Below are positions 18,962-28,858 of a stretch of 64,000 bases of DNA, one piece after another. Every line of letters begins with the position of its first letter. The first letter of the stretch is position 1. The stretch is from Actinomycetota bacterium. GTDB taxonomy: Bacteria; Actinomycetota; UBA4738; HRBIN12. The notes below the pieces were generated by a model. The model was not told the origin of the DNA. It saw only the letters and a list, made by a program, of their open reading frames with translations, and did not search any database. The position numbers and the translations under genes are program-made. The stretch spans positions 6,492 to 70,491 of the forward strand of contig JACQDK010000040.1 of the NCBI GenBank assembly GCA_016201135.1, given 5' to 3'.

Positions 18962-19344
18962 CGTCTCCTCACGGGGAAGTGAAGTCGGGGGGCTTCCTCC
19001 TCACACCAGCATGCGGGAAGTTGGCGCATTGTGCTCCCGCGCTTCGCCCATTCTCAACTGACCATCCGGGTGACTTTGCATAGGCCGAACGGGGGAGGGC
19101 AGAAGTCCATGCTCGCCGGGCTCATCTCCGGGCCCCCGCAGTCCGAAGAACAGATGTGGAGGGTGGCGGTCCGCGATCGGCACCGAGCCAAGTGGCTTCG
19201 GAGCTTATCGGAGGGCTCGGATATACTCCCTCCTGAAAGGCGCCTGCGCTCAGCGACGGCGCCTCGTATCCCTCGGGGGGAGGACGTGGTCCCTCGATCC
19301 TCGGGGCAGGGGAACGTGCGGGTCTCGGCCCGGAGGGTGACGAC

Positions 19345-21691
19345 ATGTTCGAGCGGTTCACCGACCGCGCCAGGCGCGTCGTGGTCCTCGCCCAAGAAGA
19401 GGCGAGGATGCTCAACCACAACTACATCGGGACCGAGCACATCCTCCTCGGGCTGATCCACGAGGGTGAGGGCGTCGCCGCCAAGGCGCTCGAGTCGCTG
19501 AACATCTCGCTCGAGGCCGTCCGCCAGCAGGTGGAAGAGATCATCGGCCAGGGGCAGGCCGCGCCGACGGGGCACATCCCCTTCACCCCGCGCGCGAAGA
19601 AGGTCCTGGAGCTGTCGCTCCGCGAGGCACTGCAGCTCGGCCACAACTACATCGGGACCGAGCACATCCTCCTCGGGCTGATCCGCGAGGGCGAAGGGGT
19701 GGCCGCCCAGGTGCTCCAGAAGCTCGGTGCCGACCTGAACCGCGTGCGCCAGACCGTGATCCAGCTGCTCTCGGGCTACACAGGGGGCAAGGGCGAGCAG
19801 ACGGTCGGGACGGTGGGCGAGGGCGGCCCGCAGGGCTCGATGGTGCTCGACCAGTTCGGCCGGAACCTCACCCAGCTCGCTCGCGAGAGCAAGCTCGACC
19901 CGGTGATCGGTCGCGAGAAGGAGATCGAACGGGTCATGCAGGTCCTCTCGCGCCGGACGAAGAACAACCCGGTGCTGATAGGCGAGCCGGGCGTCGGCAA
20001 GACGGCCGTGGTCGAGGGCCTGTCGCAGGACATCGTGAAGGGCGACGTTCCGGAGACCCTGAAGGGCAAGCAGATCTACACGCTGGACCTGGGGGCGCTC
20101 GTCGCCGGGTCGCGGTACCGCGGGGACTTCGAGGAGCGCCTCAAGAAGGTGCTGAAGGAGATCAAGACCCGTGGGGACATCATCCTGTTCATCGATGAGC
20201 TGCACACGCTGGTGGGTGCCGGAGCGGCCGAAGGCGCGATCGACGCCGCGAGCATCCTGAAGCCGATGCTCGCCCGTGGCGAGCTCCAGACGATCGGAGC
20301 CACCACGCGCGACGAGTACCGCAAGTACCTGGAGAAGGACGCGGCGCTCGAGCGGCGGTTCCAGCCGATCACGGTCGCCGAGCCCACGGTCGCGCACACC
20401 ATCGAGATACTGAAGGGCCTGCGCGACCGGTACGAGGCTCACCACCGGGTGAACTTCACCGACGACGCGCTCGTCGCCGCCGCCAACCTGGCCGACCGGT
20501 ACATCAGCGACCGCTTCCTTCCGGACAAGGCGATCGATCTGATCGACGAGGCCGGCAGCCGCATGCGGATCCGCCGGATGACCGCTCCGCCCAACGTGCG
20601 CGAGATCGACGAGAAGATCGCCGAGGTACGGCTGCGCAAGGAGTCGGCCATCGACGGCCAGGACTTCGAGCGCGCGGCCTCGCTCCGCGACGAGGAACGA
20701 CAGCTCCAGGAGGAGCGCGCGCGTCGCGAGAAGGAATGGAAGAGCGGCGAGATGGACATCCTCTCGGAGGTCGACGAGGAGGAGATCGCCGAGGTTCTGT
20801 CGATCTGGACCGGCATCCCCGTCTTCAAGCTCACCGAGGAGGAGACGGAGAAGCTCCTGCGGATGGAGGACGAGCTCCACAAGCGGATCATCAGCCAGAA
20901 CGAGGCCATCTCGGCCGTGTCGCGCGCGATGCGCCGCACGCGCTCGGGCCTGAAGGACCCTCGCCGCCCGGCCGGCTCGTTCATCTTCCTCGGGCCTTCG
21001 GGGGTGGGCAAGACGGAGCTCTCGAAGGCGCTCGCCGAGTTCCTCTTCGGAGACGAGGACGCGCTGATCCAGCTCGACATGTCCGAGTACATGGAGAAGC
21101 ACACGGTGAGCCGCCTGATCGGGTCGCCTCCCGGCTACGTCGGCTACGAGGAGGGCGGGCAGCTGACGGAAGCCGTGCGGCGCAAGCCGTTCGCCGTCGT
21201 GCTCTTCGACGAGATCGAGAAGGCGCACCCGGACGTGTTCAACACGCTGCTTCAGATCCTCGAGGACGGGCACCTTACGGACTCGCAGGGCCACAAGGTG
21301 GACTTCAAGAACACGATCATCATCATGACCTCGAACCTCGGCGTTCCGCTCCCTCACGCAGGAGGACGTGAAGAGCATCGTCGACCTGCTGATGCGGCGG
21401 GTGCGCGAGCAGCTGAAGGCCAAGGACGTCGAGATCGAGCTCAGCGACTCCGCGAAGACCCTGCTGGCCGAGAAGGGCTACGACCAGGCCCTGGGTGCGC
21501 GACCGCTCCGCCGCACTATCCAGCGGCTCGTCGAGGACCCGCTCGCGGAGAAGCTCCTGTACAAGGAGTTCCGAGCCGGCGAGACCGTGATCGTCGACGT
21601 GCACGACGGCGAGGTCGTCTTCGAACACGTCGACACGGTCGTGCCGCCCGACATCCCGCCCGTCGAGCTCGCCGGCTCTCCCGAAAGCTAG
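19345..21691 (+). pseudogene. clpC: ATP-dependent Clp protease ATPase ClpC, broken by a deletion plus frameshift near 21343
   Basis: Clp_N repeats, both AAA modules ([16 protein letters not shown]) and the UVR motif are intact up to IIIMTSNLG in frame 1. The C-terminal D2 small domain ([16 protein letters not shown]...[22 protein letters not shown]) continues in frame 2 to TAG 21691. About 48 aa (RPEFLNRID block) are missing. Confidence 0.9.
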
Positions 21692-21703
21692 ACGGGCGCC
21701 CTT

Positions 21704-22450
21704 CTAGCTGGACAGGTCCCCGGGGACCAGGTCGGCGAACGTCCAGGCGACCCACAGGTCTGCGGCCAAACGCCCGGCGCCGGTGCCCACGCCCAGCCGC
21801 CGGAAGTGCTCGACGACGCGTTCGACGTCCCGTCGGAGCAGTTCCTCGGCGTGCTGATTCTTCCGGGGATCCATGGCCTGCGGCAAGTCGATGATGGTCG
21901 CGATCCCCTCCCACACCAGGATGTTGTAAGGGGACAGGTCTCCGTGGATCACGTTGGCTCCGAGCATCACCTCGACGTTACGCACGACCTGGCGGAACAG
22001 GGCCTCGGCCTCGTCACGCTCGGGGCGATACGAGCGGAGCTGGGGAGCAGCATCGTCTTCGTCGCCGACGTACGTCATCAGGATGGCATCGTCGGTGCGA
22101 TGGATCGGCCGGGGAACGTCGGCGCCGGCGTCGGTCAGCGCGTGGAGCGTCTCCCACTCTCGGCTCAACCAGATGCCACCCTGCACCTCGCGACCGAATC
22201 TCGTCTTCTTCTCCAGCGCCACACGTACGCGCCGTTCCTTGATCCACTCGCCGTCGCGATAGATCGCCTCGTCGTGGAAGTTCCGGCGATCGAGTGGGTG
22301 GTAGACCTTCAACGCGGCGAGGGTCTCCCCGGTTGTGCTCGGGTTCGCGCGGCAGAGATGCACGGATGCCTCCTTGCCGCTCTTGATCGGTCTCACGATC
22401 TCGGTGATGAGTCCTTCGTCGAAGAATGGTTCGAAGGCTTCGTCGTGCAA
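21704..22450 (-). CDS. RIO-type atypical serine protein kinase
   Basis: [40 protein letters not shown] start 22450 lies 7 nt after GGGAGGAA. Confidence 0.85.
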   Translation of the reverse strand: MHDEAFEPFFDEGLITEIVRPIKSGKEASVHLCRANPSTTGETLAALKVYHPLDRRNFHDEAIYRDGEWIKERRVRVALEKKTRFGREVQGGIWLSREWETLHALTDAGADVPRPIHRTDDAILMTYVGDEDDAAPQLRSYRPERDEAEALFRQVVRNVEVMLGANVIHGDLSPYNILVWEGIATIIDLPQAMDPRKNQHAEELLRRDVERVVEHFRRLGVGTGAGRLAADLWVAWTFADLVPGDLSS

Positions 22451-22478
22451 GGTGGGTTCCTCCCGTGTCAGGACGCGG

Positions 22479-22496
22479 ACGTGGACGTGGACGTGG
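22479..22496. repeat. (ACGTGG)x3 tandem hexamer in the loop of a 9-bp hairpin (22470-22507)
   Basis: AGGACGCGG-ACGTGGACGTGGACGTGGAA-CCGCGTCCT, 20-57 nt upstream of the RIO kinase start on the minus strand. Confidence 0.9.
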
Positions 22497-22661
22497 AACC
22501 GCGTCCTTCCGGGAGTGCCGAGCGGGCGAGCCGGTCAGCGAGCGCCGGAGGGACGCGGCGCGCAGGAGATCGCAACATGGATCGCTGTCATCGCTCATCC
22601 CTCCTTCCGTGGTCTCGCCCGGTCGAAGCTCGTGCGGGCGACGATCTGCGCAGTATAGGCG

Positions 22662-23027
22662 TCAGCCGGCGTTCCGGGGGCCCCCGCCGCGCTCCCCGTC
22701 GGAGAGCGTCGTGATGCTGTCGATGATCGACCGCGGGATGTGGGTCACTGCGCGGAACCCGTCGCCGTCGGGCAGGATCTCCTGGGCGACCGAGACGAAC
22801 CGCGGGCCCTCGTGGACCAGGAACCCGACGGTGCGCACGAGGTAGTCGGTCCGGCAATCGTCGGGATCCTGCTGGTCGAAGTCGAACCAGGCGTCATGCC
22901 AGGTCACGAGGACCAGCGCGTAGTCGGGCTCGGACTCGGGGGCAGCGTCGGCGGGCACGCGGGGCGCTTCGGAGGGACTCCTTTCCGGGAGCTCGAACCC
23001 ATCGCTTGGAACCCTGACGACCCGCAC
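22662..23027 (-). CDS. Hypothetical protein (121 aa)
   Basis: GTG 23027 lies 8 nt after GAAGGAGG (the track ORF starts at ATG 23099 without an SD). Acidic globular sequence DYALVLVTWHDAWFDFDQQDPDD...; no family recognised. Confidence 0.5.
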   Translation of the reverse strand: MRVVRVPSDGFELPERSPSEAPRVPADAAPESEPDYALVLVTWHDAWFDFDQQDPDDCRTDYLVRTVGFLVHEGPRFVSVAQEILPDGDGFRAVTHIPRSIIDSITTLSDGERGGGPRNAG

Positions 23028-23177
23028 CCTTGGTGCCTCCTTCCCATCGCAAGATGTATCGGCATCGCCCCGTGGAAGCCAAGCCCCACCGCTGGTCATT
23101 TCGACGCGAAGGGCGGGTTCCGGCCTTCCGACCTAGTTCCGGGGGCGTGTCGGACCCTATCGCTAGGGTCTGACACC

Positions 23178-24554
23178 GTGGCCAAGCTGAGGACCCTCAA
23201 CGCATGCCGCGAGTGTGGACAGCAGATCGCCCGCTGGGCCGGTCGCTGCCCCGGTTGCGGCGCGTGGGGCACGATCGAGGAGCGCGTCGCCGCTGGGGCG
23301 AGCGGTTCGCCGATGGAGCCGGTCGCGCTCGGGCAGATCGCCGCCGAGGACATCCGGGTCGGGTCGGGCCTCGAGGGGGTCGACCGCGTGCTCGGTGGCG
23401 GCCTGGTGCCGGCGTCGGTGGTGCTCCTGGGGGGCGAGCCGGGGATCGGCAAGTCCACGCTCCTGCTCCACCTGGTCGCGAACCTCTGTGGCGCAGGGCA
23501 TCCGTGCCTGCTCGCGTCGGGTGAGGAGTCCCACGCCCAGGTCGGGGCCAGGGCCCGGCGGCTCGGTCTCGACGGCGGCGCGATCAGGTTCGTCCCCGGT
23601 CGCGACCTGGCCCAGGTGCTGGGCGCCGCCCGCGCCGACCGACCGTTCCTGCTGGCCGTCGACTCGGTGCAGTCGATCCGCGACCCCGAGGGGACGCAGG
23701 CGCCCGGCGGCCCCTCGCAGGTTCGCCTCTGCGCGGACGCTCTCGTCGGCCTGGCGAAGTCCGAGGGCATCGCTGTGCTCCTGACCGGCCACGTGACCAA
23801 GGACGGCGATCTGGCGGGGCCCCGCACCTTGGAGCACGCGGTCGACGTCGTCCTCTCGTTCGAAGGGGACCCCAGGTCGGGCCTCCGGGTGCTCTCGGGC
23901 GGCAAGAACCGCTTCGGGGCCGAGGGCGAGGCGGCGTGGTTCGAGATGGGCGCGCGGGGGCTGAGGGAGATCGACCCGACCCGGCTCCTCGTGTCCGGCG
24001 AGCGCCATCCGGGCGCCGCCACCGCTCTGCCGCGGTCGGGCCGGCGGGCCCTGGCCGTCGAGGTTCAGGCGCTGGTGGGCGCCGCCGAGGGCCCCGCCCG
24101 TCGGACCGCGACCGGCCTCGACCCCCGGCGATTCTCGCTGGTGGCGGCCGTGCTCGATCGGGCGGCCGGCTTCGGCTTCGCCCGAACCGAGCTCTACGGC
24201 GCCTCGTCGGGCGGGATCCTCGTGGACGATCCTGCTTGCGACCTCGCGGTCGCCGCGGCTCTCGCCTCGGCCGCCACCGGGGTCGCCCCGCCCCCCGACT
24301 CGGCGTTCGTGGGCGAGATGGCGCTCACTGGCCAGGTCCGCCCGGTCGCCTCCATGAGCCAGCGGATGGCGGCGGCCAGGGCGGCGGCGTGCTCCACGGT
24401 GTTCGCTCCCGAGGGGGCCACCGGCCCCTCTGACCTGCGTGTAGTGCCCGTGCGGCACGTGATCCAGGCGGTGGGCTGGGCCCTGAAGGGGAAGGCGAGC
24501 CGCGGGGTGGCCCAACGGCATAGGGCGTCCGGCCTGGGTGAGTCCTCTGAATAA
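23178..24554 (+). CDS. radA: DNA repair protein RadA
   Basis: Zinc ribbon CRECGQQIARWAGRCPGCGAWG, Walker A GGEPGIGKSTLL, KNRFG motif, and Lon-like C-terminal domain. GTG 23178. Confidence 0.92.
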   Translation: MAKLRTLNACRECGQQIARWAGRCPGCGAWGTIEERVAAGASGSPMEPVALGQIAAEDIRVGSGLEGVDRVLGGGLVPASVVLLGGEPGIGKSTLLLHLVANLCGAGHPCLLASGEESHAQVGARARRLGLDGGAIRFVPGRDLAQVLGAARADRPFLLAVDSVQSIRDPEGTQAPGGPSQVRLCADALVGLAKSEGIAVLLTGHVTKDGDLAGPRTLEHAVDVVLSFEGDPRSGLRVLSGGKNRFGAEGEAAWFEMGARGLREIDPTRLLVSGERHPGAATALPRSGRRALAVEVQALVGAAEGPARRTATGLDPRRFSLVAAVLDRAAGFGFARTELYGASSGGILVDDPACDLAVAAALASAATGVAPPPDSAFVGEMALTGQVRPVASMSQRMAAARAAACSTVFAPEGATGPSDLRVVPVRHVIQAVGWALKGKASRGVAQRHRASGLGESSE

Positions 24555-24653
24555 GCCCTCTGACCTGGGCTTTTGCTTGCGCGGCTCGGTGCCCGCGTGC
24601 TATCCTGTATGCGAGATCCACTTCCGAACGTCCGCCGGCCTCGGGGAGGGTGA

Positions 24654-25163
24654 GTGTTCCGCAAGGGCGACACGGTTGTTCATCCGGAACACGGAGCGGC
24701 AGTGATCCAGGAGCTCCGGGACAGGGAATTCCTCGGGGAGAAGCGCAAGTACCTGGTCCTTCGGGTCGCCTACGGCGATCTCACCCTGATGGTGCCGGTC
24801 GATTCGACCGAAGAGGTCGGGCTTCGTCAGGTCGTGAGCAAGAACGAGGTCAAGAAGGTCCTCAAGGTTCTCACCGAGGACGAGTCCTCGATGGCCGCGA
24901 ACTGGAGCCGCCGCTTCAAGAACAACATGGAGAAGCTCCATTCCGGCGATCCGTACCAGGTCGCTGAGGTGCTCCGGAACCTCGCGATCCGCGAGCGCGA
25001 GAAGGGCCTCTCCGCAGGCGAGAAGCGCATGATCCAGAAGGCGCGCCAGATCTTGATCTCGGAGCTCTCGTATGCCACCGGCAAGAGCGAGGAAGACGCC
25101 GAGACGATGATCGACGACGTTCTCGACGGGGCGCACGGCAGCAAGCTCGCCGCCCAGGCCTGA
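24654..25163 (+). CDS. carD: CarD-family RNA polymerase-binding transcription regulator
   Basis: MFRKGDTVVHPEHGAAVI...YLVLRVAYGDLTLMVPV...; GGGGAGGG precedes GTG 24654. Confidence 0.9.
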   Translation: MFRKGDTVVHPEHGAAVIQELRDREFLGEKRKYLVLRVAYGDLTLMVPVDSTEEVGLRQVVSKNEVKKVLKVLTEDESSMAANWSRRFKNNMEKLHSGDPYQVAEVLRNLAIREREKGLSAGEKRMIQKARQILISELSYATGKSEEDAETMIDDVLDGAHGSKLAAQA

Positions 25164-25287
25164 GGGCCAATCCCCTGGATCTCGGCAAACCCTCCCCTCC
25201 TGGAGGACGCTTCCGGCCCGTCTACAGGTGCCTCCGACCCGGGCCGATGCCTACCTGAGGAACCGAGCCGTCGAACCAGGGAGGATC

Positions 25288-26355
25288 GTGAGCAAGCAAC
25301 AGGGCCGGCCGGAGGTGCCGCGCGGACGCCTGGTCGAGGGCGTGCGCCTGATCTTCATCACCCTGCTGGGGACCTCCGGCTACCGGGTCGCGACGGCCGG
25401 CGGCACCGCGACGACCGCCGGCACCCTCCTCTCGATCTTCCTCGGCTCGGCCATCGGATACGTGATCGGAGGTGTCTTCGGGCGCCTGACGTTCCGAGCC
25501 GTCGTCGGGCTCGAACAGGACCTGCGGAGGCGCCCGGCGGCCTCCGTTGCCGGAGGGGCGGTGGGGCTCACCGTGGGGCTGCTGGTGGCGGCGCTCTTGA
25601 TGATCCCTCTGCTCTTCCTCCCCACGGGCGCCGCGTGGCCGGCGATCGGGTTCGTCTACCTCACTCTCGGCTCGCTCGGATGGCATCTGGGGACCGAACG
25701 CTACGAGGACCTCTTCGGGATGGTCGGTCTGAAGCCTCGGGCGTCGGCGGTCTCGCGCGGCGACCTGCACGTCGTCGACACCAGCGCGCTGATCGACGGC
25801 CGGGTCGCCGACCTGGTGGCGACCGGCTTCGTCTCGGGGACGCTGTTGCTTCACGAAGGTGTCCTGCGGGAGCTCCAGACGATCGCGGACTCCTCGGACC
25901 CGCGACGGCGCACGCGGGGGCGCCGGGGACTCGACGTGCTGGCGGAGCTCCAGCAGTCGCCCACGGTCCAAGTTCAGCTGGTCGAGGAGGCGGGGGTCAT
26001 CGACGTGGACGCCGCGCTGGTGCGCCTCGCGCGGGAGCGCGGCGGATCGCTGCTCACCGTAGACGCTAACCTCGCCAAGGTCGCGGAGGCCCTCCGCGTG
26101 CCGGTCGCCCAGATCAACGCGCTCGCGAGCAAGTTCCGTGTGCCCTTCACCGCCGGGGACGAGATCTCCGTCCACCTGGTGAAGGAGGGCCGCGAGCACG
26201 GGCAGGGCGTGGGCTACCTGGACGACGGCACGATGGTCGTCGTGGAGCGGGCGAACGAGCACATCGGCACCGACGTCGAGGTGAAGGTCACGAACGTGAT
26301 CCAGACGATCACCGGGCGGATGGTCTTCGCGGCGCTCGCCGGCGCCGACACCTAG
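25288..26355 (+). CDS. PIN/TRAM-domain membrane protein (YacL-like)
   Basis: GTG 25288 follows GGGAGGA. Four N-terminal TM helices, PIN core (LHVVDTSALIDGR), and C-terminal TRAM (VEVKVTNVIQTITGRMVFA). Confidence 0.8.
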   Translation: MSKQQGRPEVPRGRLVEGVRLIFITLLGTSGYRVATAGGTATTAGTLLSIFLGSAIGYVIGGVFGRLTFRAVVGLEQDLRRRPAASVAGGAVGLTVGLLVAALLMIPLLFLPTGAAWPAIGFVYLTLGSLGWHLGTERYEDLFGMVGLKPRASAVSRGDLHVVDTSALIDGRVADLVATGFVSGTLLLHEGVLRELQTIADSSDPRRRTRGRRGLDVLAELQQSPTVQVQLVEEAGVIDVDAALVRLARERGGSLLTVDANLAKVAEALRVPVAQINALASKFRVPFTAGDEISVHLVKEGREHGQGVGYLDDGTMVVVERANEHIGTDVEVKVTNVIQTITGRMVFAALAGADT

Positions 26356-26365
26356 ACTCGCCCTC

Positions 26366-27064
26366 GTGGGGCAGGTTCGGAACGTCGTGATCGTGCTGGC
26401 CGCCGGCGCGGGCAGGCGCATCGGCGCCGAGGAGCCGAAGGCGTTCCTGCGGATCGGGGGACGGCCCATGGCCGCGCTCGCCGCAGCCGCCGCAGCCGCC
26501 TCTCCTGCCGTCGATGCCCTGGTCGTCACCGCTCCCGAGGGGTGGGAGCCTCACGCGCGCTCACTCGTCGAGGACCTCGGGAAGCCCGCGATGGTGGTGT
26601 CCGGTGGCGCGACGCGGCACGCTTCCGTGCGCGCCGCGATCGAGGCGCTCGTCGACGGGGTCGAGGTCGTGGCCTGTCACGACGCCGCCCGCCCGTTCGC
26701 TCCGCCGGACCTGTTCACAGCGGTGATCGAGGCCGCGGGCAGAGACGGCGCGGAGGGGGCGATCCCGGTGCTGCCGGTCACCGACACGGTGAAGCGCCTG
26801 CGCGATGGCATGGTGGTCGGAACGGAGGCGCGCGACGAGCTCGGCCTGGCCCAGACGCCCCAGGCGTTCCGCGCGGGAGCGTTCCTGGACGCGCACGCCC
26901 GGGCCGAGCGCGCGGGGCTCGATCTCTCCGACGACGCGGCCGTGCTGGAGTGGGCCGGCTACCGCGTCAGGGCCGTGCCGGGCGATCCGGGCAACTTCAA
27001 GGTCACGACCCTCGGGGACCTTGCCAGGGCCGAGGCGCGCATGACGGAGGAGCTCGGTGGCTGA
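26366..27064 (+). CDS. ispD: 2-C-methyl-D-erythritol 4-phosphate cytidylyltransferase
   Basis: VIVLAAGAGRRIG...PKAFL...HDAARPF...TDTVK...QTPQAF. Confidence 0.9.
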   Translation: MGQVRNVVIVLAAGAGRRIGAEEPKAFLRIGGRPMAALAAAAAAASPAVDALVVTAPEGWEPHARSLVEDLGKPAMVVSGGATRHASVRAAIEALVDGVEVVACHDAARPFAPPDLFTAVIEAAGRDGAEGAIPVLPVTDTVKRLRDGMVVGTEARDELGLAQTPQAFRAGAFLDAHARAERAGLDLSDDAAVLEWAGYRVRAVPGDPGNFKVTTLGDLARAEARMTEELGG

Positions 27065-27527
27065 GCAGAGGGTCGGGCTCGGGTTCGACGTGCACCCGCG
27101 CGAGAAGGGGCGCGAGCTTCGGCTCGCCGGCGTCGCGTTCGAGGGCGAGGACGGCCTGGCCGGGCACTCGGACGGCGACGCCGTGTGCCACGCGGTCGCC
27201 GACGCCCTGCTCGGAGCGGCCGCGCTCGGCGACATCGGGCGGCACTTCCCCGACACCGATCCCTCCCTCGCTGGGATCGAGGGGCTGGAGCTGCTCATCC
27301 GCACGGTCGCGGTCCTCGCCGACGCCGGGTTCGCGCCGGTCTCGTGCGACGCGACGGTGATCTGCGACCGGCCCGCGATCGCTCCGAGGAGCGACGAGAT
27401 GCGCGAGCGGCTGTCCGCGGTTCTGGGGGTCGCCATGGAGCGGGTCTCGGTGAAGGCCACGAGACCGGAGGGCCTCGGGCTCTCCGGCGAGGGGGTCGGA
27501 TGCCTCGCGATCGCCGCGATCTCGTGA
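27057..27527 (+). CDS. ispF: 2-C-methyl-D-erythritol 2,4-cyclodiphosphate synthase
   Basis: GLGFDVHP...GHSDGDAVCHAVADALLGA...GDIGRHFPDTDP. Confidence 0.92.
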   Translation: MAEQRVGLGFDVHPREKGRELRLAGVAFEGEDGLAGHSDGDAVCHAVADALLGAAALGDIGRHFPDTDPSLAGIEGLELLIRTVAVLADAGFAPVSCDATVICDRPAIAPRSDEMRERLSAVLGVAMERVSVKATRPEGLGLSGEGVGCLAIAAIS

Positions 27528-28273
27528 AGACGATCGCCGGGCGCCGCGCGGTCGCGGAGGCGCTCGCCGCGGGGCGCGTCGGCGAGGTGCTCGTGGCGGA
27601 GGGAGCCAAGGCCACCGAGGGGCTCCGCGACGTGCTGGACGCGGCGCGCCTGGCCGGCGCGGAGGTTCGGCGGGTTCCCCGCTCGGAGCTCGACCGCAGG
27701 GCCCCGGATCATCACGGGGTGGTCGGGCTTCTCGCGCCGGGCGCTCCCGGCACGTCCGGCGTGCCTCGAACGTTTGGCGAGCGCGAGCTGGCCGGGTTCC
27801 CGTTCGCGGAGGAGGCGGTGGTCGTGGTGCTCGACGGGATCATGGACCCGCAGAACCTCGGCGCCGCCGCTCGGGCGTGCGAGGCGGCCGGCGTCGCGGT
27901 GCTCGTCACTCGGGTGCGGCGCGCAGCGGGCCCGACGCCGGCCGCCGTGCGAGCGTCGGCGGGCGCGCTGCTCCACGTGCCGCTCGCGCGCGTCACGAAC
28001 GTGACGCGCGCGATCGAGCGGCTGAAGGACGCGAGATTCTCGGTGGTCGGCCTCGACGGCTCTGCGCCCCACTCGATCTACGACGGGCCGTGTCCATCCG
28101 GACGCGTCGCGATCGTGATCGGGTCGGAGGGCGGGGGCATGTCGCGGCTCGTCCGGGAGAGCTGCGACTTGCTCGTGTCGCTGCCGATGCGAGGCCGGGT
28201 GGGGTCGCTGAACGCGTCCGCGGCGCTCGCCGCCGTCCTGTACGCGTGGGTGCTGCCCTCGCGGAGTCGTTGA
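27500..28273 (+). CDS. TrmH/SpoU-family RNA 2'-O-methyltransferase (RlmB-like)
   Basis: ATG 27500. DPQNLGAAARACEAAG, IVIGSEGGGMSRLVRESCD, and SLNASAALAAVLY knot motifs. Confidence 0.85.
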   Translation: MPRDRRDLVKTIAGRRAVAEALAAGRVGEVLVAEGAKATEGLRDVLDAARLAGAEVRRVPRSELDRRAPDHHGVVGLLAPGAPGTSGVPRTFGERELAGFPFAEEAVVVVLDGIMDPQNLGAAARACEAAGVAVLVTRVRRAAGPTPAAVRASAGALLHVPLARVTNVTRAIERLKDARFSVVGLDGSAPHSIYDGPCPSGRVAIVIGSEGGGMSRLVRESCDLLVSLPMRGRVGSLNASAALAAVLYAWVLPSRSR

Positions 28274-28308
28274 GGCGGCGCCCCGGCCGGGCTACGCTCG
28301 CGCGGTCC

Positions 28309-28716
28309 ATGGCAGACCTGCCGCCCGACTTCGAGGTTCCGACGCCCAGGCCGGGGCGCGCCTCGCGCCCTGCGATCGTCTCCTTCGCGGGGTGGGTCTT
28401 CGTGATCGCGGGAGTGCTGACCGGCCTGGGCGGCGCGTTCTACCTGACGACCGGGCCGAGCGCTTCCGGCGGCGCGGCGTCGTTCGGGCTGGCGTTCGCG
28501 GCCTTCGGCGCGGCCGAGCTCGTCACGGGGCTCCAGATCCTGCGGATGTCGCCTGCCTTCCGGCTGATCGGACTGCCGATCGCCGGGATCGGGATCGTGA
28601 TCGACGTAGCCAGTCTGGTGGCGGGCAGCCGCTGGCAGCTGGTGGCGATCGTCCTTCACGGGGCCGCCCTGTACGGGCTCGCCACGCAGGGCGAAGCGTT
28701 CGCCCGCCGGGGGTAG
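28309..28716 (+). CDS. Small hypothetical membrane protein (4 TM)
   Basis: ATG 28309. The helices FAGWVFVIAGVLTGLGGAFYL, FGLAFAAFGAAELVTGL, LIGLPIAGIGIVIDVASL and LVAIVLHGAALYGL. Confidence 0.55.
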   Translation: MADLPPDFEVPTPRPGRASRPAIVSFAGWVFVIAGVLTGLGGAFYLTTGPSASGGAASFGLAFAAFGAAELVTGLQILRMSPAFRLIGLPIAGIGIVIDVASLVAGSRWQLVAIVLHGAALYGLATQGEAFARRG

Positions 28717-28726
28717 ACTCCGCCTG

Positions 28727-28800
28727 GCCGGCGTGGCGCAGCCCGGTAGCGCAAGCGATTTGTAATCGCTAGGTCGTCGGTTCGAATCCGACCGCCGGCT
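28727..28800 (+). tRNA. tRNA-Thr (anticodon TGT)
   Basis: 74-nt cloverleaf: acceptor GCCGGCG/CGCCGGC, D stem GCGC/GCGC, anticodon stem AGCGA/TCGCT with loop TTTGTAA, T arm GTCGG-TTCGAAT-CCGAC. Confidence 0.95.
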
Positions 28801-28858
28801 CCGAGGAAACCGCGGCGTCGAGGGGCGAGGGTTGGCGCCCGGCGGGGCACGTGGTTCG

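Noticed and set aside
21330-21360. Programmed ribosomal frameshifting in clpC (and likewise in acs at about 43740).
   Set aside because: There is no slippery heptamer or downstream pseudoknot. More decisively, about 30-50 conserved residues are physically missing at each site, and a frameshift cannot restore them.
22014-22598. A 194-aa minus-strand ORF starting just after GGAAGGAGGG and overlapping the RIO kinase gene in another frame.
   Set aside because: The SD abuts the ATG with no spacing. The product is Arg/Pro-rich, including a (PR)n run that derives from the hexamer repeat. The RIO frame carries all the conserved motifs.
25288-26355. The PIN-domain protein as a toxin of a toxin-antitoxin or defence system.
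   Set aside because: It is the conserved membrane-anchored PIN-TRAM (YacL-like) protein that sits between carD and ispD in many actinobacteria. There is no antitoxin-sized partner.
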